DNA of 40,763 nt from a virus (lineage: Duplodnaviria; Caudoviricetes), in the IMG/VR virus record IMGVR_UViG_3300020403_000029, positions 1 through 40,763 of that record; one strand, given 5' to 3'. Position 1 is the first letter of the stretch. The number at the start of each line of letters is the position of its first letter. Below the pieces are notes generated by a model, which was given only the letters and a program-made list of their open reading frames with translations, was not told the DNA's origin and did no database searches. Positions 16,414 through 25,400 of the stretch are shown here, piece by piece. The position numbers and the translations under genes are program-made.

Positions 16414-17613
16414 TTATTTTAACATTTCAAATGCATCTTCATGCACATCCATCACGTGGCGTGCAACTTCTTGTATTTCTGAATAGCTTTCTGGGTCAAT
16501 GTCAGGATCGTCTACTTCGTTTTTACGAATCATAGCTTTTTCAAGTAACATATCAATATATTGACCAAACTCTACATGAGAAATAATTTGGTCAAAGTCA
16601 GCCTTGTAAAACTTCTTATCGACAATTACTTCACCTGAGTCCAATGTTGAAACTAGCAAGTTTTTCCATGCACCGCTTCCAGAAACTTCAATATGATAAT
16701 TTCCAATCTCTTCTGGTCCATGTTTTCTTAGCAAGTCAAACATCTGCTCGTGTTCTTTTATACCTTTACCAAAATGAATTTCAAAGTTACATGTTCTAAA
16801 CGGCGCTGATACTTTATTTTTGATTGTCTTTGCAGACACATTAATACCAATAGGCTCTTTTTCTTTATTTAAAATTTGAGACCCAGCACCTAATTTAATT
16901 CTAACTGAACTGTGGAAAGGTATTGCCATACCGCCAGGAGTAGTTGTTGGATCACCATACATTACACCAACTTTTGTTCTAATCTGATTTAAACAAACCA
17001 TAAGAACTTTTTCATTAGCAATAACACCAGTGATTTTTCTCATTCCTTTTGATATTGCTCTGGCTTGCAATCCAATACTTTCCTTGTCATAGTCACCTAC
17101 TAGCTCTGCTTTTGGACTAGTTGCAGCAACAGAATCCCAAATAATGGTAACTGGTACGTCTTTATCCATCGCTTTTGCTTTTATAATGGTAGACTCTGCA
17201 ATAGAAAGTACTTCCTCAGTACAGTGAGTATCAACATATACAAATCTCCTTGTTATGTCAACACCTAGCATTCGAAGGTTTTCTACAGAAGTAGCATTTT
17301 CTGTATCAATATAAACCACAATACCACCCATTTTTTGGGTAGATTTTGCTATTTGTGTTGCAATATGTGATTTACCAATTGATGGAGGACCAAATATCTC
17401 TACAATTCGACCTTCAGGTAATCCACCGTCTTTTTGATTTGAAATAATATAGTCTAATTGTTTTGATCCAGTACTAATCCATCTTTTAACATGAGTTGGA
17501 GACTCATCAGTACTTAAGTTATAAGCGACTCTAGAGCCTCTCTCCTTATTCAAGGATTTTATTAAGTCAGATGTAAAGTCATCTAACTCTTCTTTTTTTT
17601 TAGCTTTTGCCAT
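16414..17613 (-). CDS. recA: RecA/UvsX-like recombinase
   Basis: GGLPEGRIVEIFGPPSIGKS, YIDTE, WDSVAA, QARAIS, NQIRTKVGVMYGDPTTTPGG, KNKVSAPF. Confidence 0.95.
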   Translation of the reverse strand: MAKAKKKEELDDFTSDLIKSLNKERGSRVAYNLSTDESPTHVKRWISTGSKQLDYIISNQKDGGLPEGRIVEIFGPPSIGKSHIATQIAKSTQKMGGIVVYIDTENATSVENLRMLGVDITRRFVYVDTHCTEEVLSIAESTIIKAKAMDKDVPVTIIWDSVAATSPKAELVGDYDKESIGLQARAISKGMRKITGVIANEKVLMVCLNQIRTKVGVMYGDPTTTPGGMAIPFHSSVRIKLGAGSQILNKEKEPIGINVSAKTIKNKVSAPFRTCNFEIHFGKGIKEHEQMFDLLRKHGPEEIGNYHIEVSGSGAWKNLLVSTLDSGEVIVDKKFYKADFDQIISHVEFGQYIDMLLEKAMIRKNEVDDPDIDPESYSEIQEVARHVMDVHEDAFEMLK

Positions 17614-17634
17614 TATATAGTGTAACTTTCTAAA

Positions 17635-18135
17635 TTAATAATTTTCCATATACTCAGCCAGCTCTTTTTGGGCTGATTGAGCTCTTCTTGCTAGCGCTTT
17701 TTTCTGAGCATGACTTAGAGTTTTCATATCTCCAATTGCTTCTGTTAAAGCACCAGGCTTTAAACATACCAAAGAATAAACGTACAAACCATCATCTACA
17801 ACTTTTTCTGGATTAGAGCCATTTACGACTGTCTTTGATAAGCTAACAGAAGCAGATCTAGCCAGCTCTTCAGTAAAGCTTTCAGCCTCGACTTCTCCTG
17901 TTTCTTCATAAAGCTTCATCATAGACATAATTTTTGTCTCTAGCTTTTTACCTAAATCAAGTCTCCCTTTAGCAACTGAAAAAGAACGATCAGAACCAAG
18001 ATTTCCTCTTTGCTTATGAATACCTACGCCACATAACTCAGGCTGTGATGTAACCCATTTAGGCATATTAGCAGCTTGATTAGATGAACCACAAGAAAGA
18101 TTAAAAGCTAAAAGTAATAAAACAATATACTTCAT
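17635..18135 (-). CDS. putative lipoprotein (LPP20-like)
   Basis: MKYIVLLLLAFNLS-C signal/lipobox followed by PKWV; AGGAGG RBS. Confidence 0.7.
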   Translation of the reverse strand: MKYIVLLLLAFNLSCGSSNQAANMPKWVTSQPELCGVGIHKQRGNLGSDRSFSVAKGRLDLGKKLETKIMSMMKLYEETGEVEAESFTEELARSASVSLSKTVVNGSNPEKVVDDGLYVYSLVCLKPGALTEAIGDMKTLSHAQKKALARRAQSAQKELAEYMENY

Positions 18136-18151
18136 TACTTGACCTCCTAAA

Positions 18152-18931
18152 TTAAAGTGAATCTAAATCTGCAAATGCATCATCCAAACTCTTGTACTTG
18201 CCGTTAATTGCATCTGGCGAATCATCATTTTTACTAAAACTAGAGCCACCACGAGTTGTCTCAGGCTTTTCTTCTTCGTCATCATTAAGCCATACGTTAA
18301 CAATTCGCTCAAGATCTTCATAAGTTTTAAGTTCAAAAAGATCATTAACATCTGGAATGTTATCTAGCCATTGCTTTGATTTTGAAGAATCTTCTGACAA
18401 TGGTGAATCTTTACCTCGAGGTCTTACGTCAGTAGTTGCCCATGTCTGTCCTGGATTCTTTTGACAAGAAATTCTTACGTCGCGTCCTTCGTGAGGATCT
18501 GTAATATCGCCATAGTCTTCATCAAGCATGTAATTAAGAAGAGTTTGATATACAGTTTTTCCAAATGCCCAAAGTCTTACACCTCTATCTTCTTCGCCTC
18601 GAACAATTACTGGTGCGTAGCATCTCATCTTTGGATAAAGCTTTTTTGCTAGTTCGTATGATTCCTTAGAACCTTCGTCGCGAAGCTTTGTAATAAGTTC
18701 TTGAATAGGATCAGGCTTGTTAAACTGGTAAGGTGCCAAAAGACCTGGGTTGTTGCCAATGTTATAGTAGAACATAAGCTCTTTAAATGGTTGACCGTCG
18801 TTATTTGGATAAGCAAGAAGTCGAACAGTTGTTTCAGAACCTTCCTCAGGTCGCCACATTGTGTTTTTCTTTGAGTTTTGACCGCTTAGTTGTCCTAGCT
18901 TCTTACGAATTGCGTCCATGTTAATTGCCAT
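18152..18931 (-). CDS. single-stranded DNA-binding protein, T4 gp32-like
   Basis: WRP...VRLL, PFKELMFYY, DPIQEL, LWAFGKTVY, YGDITDPHEGRD, acidic tail LDDAFADLDSL. Confidence 0.88.
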   Translation of the reverse strand: MAINMDAIRKKLGQLSGQNSKKNTMWRPEEGSETTVRLLAYPNNDGQPFKELMFYYNIGNNPGLLAPYQFNKPDPIQELITKLRDEGSKESYELAKKLYPKMRCYAPVIVRGEEDRGVRLWAFGKTVYQTLLNYMLDEDYGDITDPHEGRDVRISCQKNPGQTWATTDVRPRGKDSPLSEDSSKSKQWLDNIPDVNDLFELKTYEDLERIVNVWLNDDEEEKPETTRGGSSFSKNDDSPDAINGKYKSLDDAFADLDSL

Positions 18932-19015
18932 AATTAATAGTTACCTTTCATTTTGTATTTGTTTAATTTTTAATTGGTTAATTTTTAATTTGATTTGTGA
19001 TCACCAATTGTGATC
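18932..19015 (-). promoter_or_regulatory. SSB leader: inverted repeat/possible pseudoknot plus AU-rich repeats (putative autogenous operator)
   Basis: Minus strand GATCA-C-AATTGG-TGATC-N21-CCAATT, with AATTAAAAATTAA twice before the AAAGG RBS. Confidence 0.45.
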
Positions 19016-19017
19016 GT

Positions 19018-19046
19018 ATAATATAATATAATTTTAATATTTACAC
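19018..19046 (-). promoter_or_regulatory. promoter GTGTAA-N17-TATTAT upstream of the SSB gene
   Basis: Minus strand GTGTAA atattaaaattatatta TATTAT. Confidence 0.6.
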
Positions 19047-19060
19047 ATTAATTTTTATTT

Positions 19061-20710
19061 TTATTTTTCTAACTCTAATTCTTCTTTTGCTTTTTGTTTT
19101 CTGTATTCTTTTAATATTTCTATCTTAGTGCATAAGTCATCAAAAGCTTGAGCTATAGTTGTAATATTCGGGTTGTTATAACTGTCACCAGAATTAACAA
19201 CATGCCAATTGTAATTGCGCTGAACTGAAGATGACATTGTTTTTATAATTTTACTGGCCAAACCTTTACTTGGATTATTTATTAGACTTACTATGTCATT
19301 AGTAAATGACTGGAAGCTTTCAGGAGTAAAGAAAACTCTTAACCCAGATCTTAATGATAAGTTTCCAAGTGTAACTGCATAATTTAAAATATTGTAGCCA
19401 GTAGAATTCTTTTTTATTTGATCGCTAGTAGTTAAAGTTATATCTTGCATTTTAATTGCTTCAGCAACTTCAAATAGACTTTGTGATGCTGCTCTAAGAT
19501 CAACTGATTTATATTCAAATGCTGCTGCAAATGGTGCTTGAATTCTTTGTAAATTACCATAAGATGGGTTAGGTATTTTAAATCCTATCTGATCTTTAAT
19601 GGAAACAAAAAGTCCTTCAAAAGGAGAGTTAGGTGCAATTAAAGAACCGCTTAAAGAATTTATAATTAATTCAGTTAGTTGAGGTTTTATATTTTCTGTA
19701 ACAAATTTTTTAAATGATCCAGACGAATGATCTTGAATTTGTTGTCTTAAAGACGAAAGCACATCAATAAACTCTTGGTTAATTTCTGGTAGTCTTACTG
19801 CTTGTTCTGGACCCATAAAGTAAATATTGTATTTTGGATTTGTCATTGCTTCAGCATCAGACTCAGTAAAGTCTCCTGAGTATACAACAGCGTATTCTTT
19901 TCTGCCAGGTATGCTATACGATATATAGTCACCTTTTCTATCATCTGACTTGAGTGACTCAACACCAAAATATTTATAAGTGCCTTTTGGCATTTTGTGT
20001 GGGTAAGAGTATTTAAAAGCATTATAAATGCTACGAGAAGCGCCGGATCTATTTAAAAATAGGTACCAGTTATATCCTGCATGCCTTCGATATCTTGATT
20101 TTTTAAACTCATCGTATGTATATATGTCACTGTATTTTGTTTTCATAACATCAACATTAGATACGGACAAACCTTTTTCTAATCTATCAGATTTTGCTTT
20201 ATCAAAAGATTTTTTTGTCGCAATAAAAACTTGAGGACCTGTATTTTTAGTTTGATTTGTCTTCTTGTCTTTTTTGTAATCATCTGGTCCAACTAAAACT
20301 GAAACGTGTTGACCACTAAACTTTTCTGTCATGCTTATTTGATAGCCTTCGACAGCATTGCCTAACATATGTTCTATAAAAGCTAAAAGTTGATCTTTAG
20401 AAAGATTTTCTAGTTGAGGTGTTCTAGCTTCAAAAAGAAAATTAAAGCTTTCTTTTAAAGATCTTTTACTGCTTTTTACACCTCCGTGCTTAAGATACCA
20501 TTGAACTGACTTTACTCTTGTTTTTTTCTTTTTACCTTTTGACCTGTGCTTTTTATCTGTTGCTGTAGATTTTTTGTATATACTTTTTTTACCTACACCA
20601 GCTTGCGGTCCTGTGCCAAGAGGAGTAGAAACACCTCCAACTGCACCTCCACCCATCGAGCTAAACTCATTAAGCAGTCTTTCAAAAACTTTTTGATATA
20701 TATCTTGCAT
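19061..20710 (-). CDS. hypothetical protein with a degenerate ATP-dependent ligase/nucleotidyltransferase-like domain and a Gly/Lys-rich N-terminal extension
   Basis: TEKFSG (cf. motif I EKxDG), FGVES (motif III), FEGLFV (motif IV), GFKI (motif V); N-terminus LLNEFSSMGGGAVGG..TPLG then a Lys-rich tract. Confidence 0.55.
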   Translation of the reverse strand: MQDIYQKVFERLLNEFSSMGGGAVGGVSTPLGTGPQAGVGKKSIYKKSTATDKKHRSKGKKKKTRVKSVQWYLKHGGVKSSKRSLKESFNFLFEARTPQLENLSKDQLLAFIEHMLGNAVEGYQISMTEKFSGQHVSVLVGPDDYKKDKKTNQTKNTGPQVFIATKKSFDKAKSDRLEKGLSVSNVDVMKTKYSDIYTYDEFKKSRYRRHAGYNWYLFLNRSGASRSIYNAFKYSYPHKMPKGTYKYFGVESLKSDDRKGDYISYSIPGRKEYAVVYSGDFTESDAEAMTNPKYNIYFMGPEQAVRLPEINQEFIDVLSSLRQQIQDHSSGSFKKFVTENIKPQLTELIINSLSGSLIAPNSPFEGLFVSIKDQIGFKIPNPSYGNLQRIQAPFAAAFEYKSVDLRAASQSLFEVAEAIKMQDITLTTSDQIKKNSTGYNILNYAVTLGNLSLRSGLRVFFTPESFQSFTNDIVSLINNPSKGLASKIIKTMSSSVQRNYNWHVVNSGDSYNNPNITTIAQAFDDLCTKIEILKEYRKQKAKEELELEK

Positions 20711-20740
20711 ATCTGAACCTTTTATTATATTATATATTTA

Positions 20741-21346
20741 TTAAAAAGGTACAGTATATACTCCATCTATTTTATCTTTTTCATCTTTCATGACAGCTTC
20801 GTGCGCTAATTGTAAAACCAAAGTCAATCTAGACTTATGCAAATTATAAAACTTATTATCTTCTGAAGACATATCTTTAACCAGGGATAACGTTTGCCAC
20901 TCTTCCCATGATAAACTAATATTATATCTTTGTAATAAAAACAGAGTCATATCGTTAACTTGATACTTTGGACAGTCTTCGTTCCAATCATAATATTGAC
21001 CAAGCTTTTCTTTGTGCCAGTCTGATGTTGTTAATATAAACCTATCAAGATTAAATGTACCAATTCTACCTAAAACTAAAAGTAAAGAGCATTTTATTAA
21101 AGAAGCTTTATTTAAGTCGTAGTTAAGCGCTTTTGTTATTGCGCTAGAAGTTTTTGCTAGTTCTAAAGAATATTCAACTAATCCACCAATACCACAAAAA
21201 GGTTCTTTTATTCTTTGCGAATAAGAAGCTTCTATTATTCTTTGTCCTTGTTCTTCTAACAAAGTATTTATATTATCGTCTTCTAACTTTTTTAGTAAGT
21301 TTTCGTATTTGCTCCATAAGCTTTCAATATCTCTTTCTTTAAACAC
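20741..21346 (-). CDS. HD-domain-like protein with metal ligands lost (pseudo-enzyme)
   Basis: GGLVEYSL (cf. GGLxxHSL), LLLVLGRIG (cf. LLHDLGKxG), SDWHKEKLGQYY, LQLAH (cf. LxxAD); GTG start, AGGAGA RBS, 8-nt overlap with the PolA-like gene. Confidence 0.7.
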   Translation of the reverse strand: MFKERDIESLWSKYENLLKKLEDDNINTLLEEQGQRIIEASYSQRIKEPFCGIGGLVEYSLELAKTSSAITKALNYDLNKASLIKCSLLLVLGRIGTFNLDRFILTTSDWHKEKLGQYYDWNEDCPKYQVNDMTLFLLQRYNISLSWEEWQTLSLVKDMSSEDNKFYNLHKSRLTLVLQLAHEAVMKDEKDKIDGVYTVPF

Positions 21347-22403
21347 TTAATTTTTCTCCTGTTGTAAAGTGCGTTATTTCTATTGGAAAGTTTCCTAGTT
21401 TATCATGATTGTAACCATTACAGGTTATTTTATAGAATGTATCTAAATAATTATTATGTACGTCAACAATAAAAGCATCATGTATAACAAAGCATGGTTT
21501 AGTTAAACTTTCATCAAACGTATTAATTAATTGATTAAAATAAATCATTGCAAGGTCTACAGCTGAAGATTGTATAAAATTATTAATTATTTTATTTGAT
21601 TTTTCTTCGTTGTAGTTTAAAATAGGTCTTCCAAAATAGTTTCTTCTATATTTTTCAAAATATTTAACGTTTGCAATTTCATATATTTTATGTAAATTAA
21701 AATAATCTTTTGTTGTTTGCAAAATTATTTCTGATCTTTTTAATGATATTCCTTCAATAGGAGTTGACTTGCCATACATTACAGATATTACTGCTTTTTT
21801 AATTAAAGATCTGTCAATTTCTTCTTTAAAATCAAGCATATTTAATATTTCGTTATAAATGTCGTTTTCTACATTTTCTCCTAAAATCTTTTTAACAAAT
21901 CTAGGCTCAAGATTTTTAAAGTCTACGCTTAAAAGACTTCCATTACTTCCCCATCTTGATTCGAATATTTTTCTACATCTATTTGGAAGAGTCAATATAT
22001 TTGGACCTTGATTTACTGTAAGTCTACCTGTTACTGTATTAGAAAGATTATATCTAACAACATTTGCAAAACCTTTAAAAGGTTTAAAAGCTAACAAATT
22101 TGACTTTACTACTTCGTTTTTTTCAATTTCAAGAAAAGCTTTATAAGCTAGTGTGTTAATTTTAGCTGGTTTAAGATTGTTAAGAAAAAAAACGTGATTT
22201 TCGTAAACTTTATGAAAGTTATAATCATTATCTTCAGATTTAAGTTCTTCTATACACAAAGACAAGTCTTCTTCGTATTTACTTTCTAAATGATCAGGAA
22301 TAACATCTTTTACAGATATGTTATAATTTTTAAACATACAGATAAACTTGTTGTATTTCTCTAAATAGTTTATGTTGTATAATGTAAATATATTAGTATT
22401 CAT
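21339..22403 (-). CDS. minimal family A DNA polymerase (polymerase domain only)
   Basis: TVTGRL..GPNI, motif A VDFKNLEPR, motif B RSLIKKAVISVMYG, NYFGR, NNFIQSSAVD, motif C IHDA. Confidence 0.85.
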   Translation of the reverse strand: MNTNIFTLYNINYLEKYNKFICMFKNYNISVKDVIPDHLESKYEEDLSLCIEELKSEDNDYNFHKVYENHVFFLNNLKPAKINTLAYKAFLEIEKNEVVKSNLLAFKPFKGFANVVRYNLSNTVTGRLTVNQGPNILTLPNRCRKIFESRWGSNGSLLSVDFKNLEPRFVKKILGENVENDIYNEILNMLDFKEEIDRSLIKKAVISVMYGKSTPIEGISLKRSEIILQTTKDYFNLHKIYEIANVKYFEKYRRNYFGRPILNYNEEKSNKIINNFIQSSAVDLAMIYFNQLINTFDESLTKPCFVIHDAFIVDVHNNYLDTFYKITCNGYNHDKLGNFPIEITHFTTGEKLSV

Positions 22404-22409
22404 GCATAA

Positions 22410-22438
22410 ATCATATATACAAAAAAGTAAATTTACAC
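22410..22438 (-). promoter_or_regulatory. promoter GTGTAA-N17-TATGAT, likely leaderless transcript of the PolA-like gene
   Basis: -10 hexamer ends 6 nt before the ATG at 22403; no SD visible. Confidence 0.6.
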
Positions 22439-22448
22439 TTATTATTTT

Positions 22449-25400
22449 TTAATCTTCAATTACAAACTTTTTTAGATCAATTGAAAATCCTACTTCTATA
22501 TGAATTTTGCCCTTTTTTGTTACATATACTTTATTTTTTGATTTAAATGACAAATCTATTTTATTGTTTTTAAAATCTAAGTCTATGCTTTTTAAATTAA
22601 ATCCTCCTTTGTCTTTCTTTCTCTTTTTCTTTTTCTCTGTTTCAATAGCATATGTTAAATTTTTATCTATTTTGTTGTTAACTAGTAAACTTAATTTATT
22701 ATAAACCGATTGTTCAGGATCTTTTTTGATAACGTCTAAAAACTTTTCGATGTTAAAGTTTAATTTTTTAACATCATCTTTATAACTTAAAACAATATAT
22801 TTTCTATTCATCAATATTTGCAAGTCATAAAAAAACTCTAGATTATTTATAAAAAAATCAAAAATTATTTTATCTTTGTCTGTGTCTCTAGACACAAGGT
22901 TGTCACCTTCTTTAAAGTGAGTTGTAATTACTTTTGGCGTAAACTTTATTTCATTTCCGTTTAAGTCTAATAATACAAGAATGTCAGGTCTTTCAAGGTT
23001 AATATCTCTATATTTAAAAGTTACAGATGGTCTTCCTGGCTCTGCAAAAGTAGCTTCTTTCATTCCTCCTGAACTTGTGTCAATTTTTGGGTAATTAAAG
23101 TCATAGCTCCATTCTCCAAGTACACGCATGCTTTTTTTTGTAAAAAATTGACTTTTGTAAAAATTATACTCAAGATCTATTTGTCTTGAGTCAATATCAG
23201 TATCTTGATTAGGAAACTGTTTTGTAATCTTTTCAGTTATGTCTATAATGTAAAAATTATTATTGTTATTTTGAATTGTACTATAAAAATATTTCATGTT
23301 ATCTAAAAAGATCACGTATCGATAATAATCATAAAGTATTTTTTGGTCTGTTTCTGGCTCGCTTGAAGTAAATGCTTCATCTGGTTCTGGATCTGGTGTA
23401 AATGCCATAGCTGATCCAGGGTAATAAGACATGAGTTCTTCTTCGATTGTCATTTTATAAGAAAACAAATCCTTTTCGCTAGTTCTATGCCCCATTAATT
23501 CTATAGGTTGATCTATACCGACAAAAATAGCTGATTGCATTTTTGATTCATTTACATTACCTTGTATACCCTCCATACTTATAGAATCAGCGCTATGCCA
23601 ACCTAAAGCTTTTTCGTCAGCTTCAGATAATTTAGGAAAGAGCTTTTCAATTTTAAGTGAGTTTGTCAAATCATATTCAGTTTTAACGTCTGCTATTACA
23701 GATACACCTTCTTTTGTAATAACAGTTTTATCAGTTACAACTTCACCTGTTTCTATTTCTTTTTGCACTCTATTAAGTGTATCAACAATTGTCTCATATT
23801 TTCCATATGCATCACCATATGCCAAAGTAAGTGTTGTTGTAAACTTACCTGGTGTAATATCGTGTTTAAGACCTGTAACAATATATTGATTATCAACTGT
23901 TGTATTTGTCTCGAAGTCTAAAAATAGATATTGCGCAAAATTAATAAAAGGGCAACCAAATATAGTAACATTAACTTGCGAAGGTAAAATTCTTAAAGGT
24001 AAGTCTTGCGCATATTTTACTTTTGATTTTATCGGAGCAGAATTTCTATTTGGTCTTGTTATGTAAACAGTATTAAGCTTTGCTTCATTTATTGTTGATA
24101 CACTGGCTTCAAGAACTGCTGAATTGTTTGTTCCATAAGTTATTGAAGGCATCATTGTTTTTAAATTATTTTTAATTCCTACAGAAAGGTCACCTTCGTT
24201 TATAGAACTTTTTAAGACATATTCACCTTTTGGTGATTTTACAATAATTCCTTCTCGCTCAAGCATTTTAAAAACTTCTTCGTTTTTTTGAATATACTCA
24301 TGCTTTTGTTTATCTATGTCTCTTACACCTTCTTTTGCTTTTGATTTGAGTTCTATAAATCTTTTGTTTATATCATATATTGCGCTTTGCAAACCATTTT
24401 CGCTTATATTGGTTAATATTTGTTGTGTTGATTGAAAAGGATTGTCATTTTGATCGATTACTGATATTCTTAATACAGTTATTTCACCGGATTCACGTGT
24501 CATTGAATCAAATAAAAACTTTATTTTTGGCATTACAAATTTAATATTTCTTACAAGACTTGCACTTCCACTATATCTTTTTTGTCTATATTCATGAATT
24601 TTTTGAATTCTTTCGTTGACGTTAACTTCAAACTCACTAGGTTTTTTTTCACCTTTAGGAACTACATTATTATTTTCGTCAAGTGTATAAAAATCGCTTA
24701 ATCCGTAGTTTACACAAAATCTAGTCGTGACAAACTTTTTAACAATTTGCATAAATAGACTTTCTAAAGTATACTGAGCTCCGTTAGAAAATAGCTCATA
24801 TATAAAACTTTCAAGCTGTTCTTTGTCAATTAAAAGTGAAGAAATGTTTGAGTTTGCTGCCAATCCTGCATGACTGTTAAGTGTATAACTTATTATTTGA
24901 ATTTCATCAAACTTTCCTGTATAAGCTGTATGTGATCCTAACAAAGCAAGAATAAAATTTCCTAAGCTTACATACTTTGTTAAGTTTTTATTGCCTGAAG
25001 GTGCAATATCAATTCCTTTTATAGTTGTACAATATAATTTGCTTTCTAACTCAAATTCAGCTTTGACTGATTTATCTTTAATCATTTCAATATCGGAAAA
25101 GTTTTGCTTATCAAAAAAAGGATCTTCAACACTTAGCCCACCAGTAAACTTAGTCAATAAAGTCTTTATTGTTTGATTTAAATCTCTTCTACTTCTTGAA
25201 ACAGCATTGTTAGCACTATTAACAAGTCTTATAAAACTATTATACCAGCTATTTAATTTTGCAATATCACTATCTGGAACTGTAGAGCTTAACAAAGTAG
25301 TCGACTTAGCTGGTGCTGCAGCTGGTGCTGTAGCAGGTGTTGATGTTGCGGGTGTTGAAGTTGTTGCTGTTGCTGTTGCTGCTTTGGCAGTCTTCTTTGT

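Noticed and set aside
18996-19015. CRP/FNR site suggested by TGTGA motifs upstream of SSB
   Set aside because: It does not match TGTGA-N6-TCACA or TTGAT-N4-ATCAA spacing.
5261-22403. 2-aminoadenine (dZ) genome system suggested by PolA + HD protein + MazG-like PPase
   Set aside because: There is no PurZ in the window, the HD protein lacks its metal ligands (DatZ is an active dATPase), and the PolA is far shorter than DpoZ.
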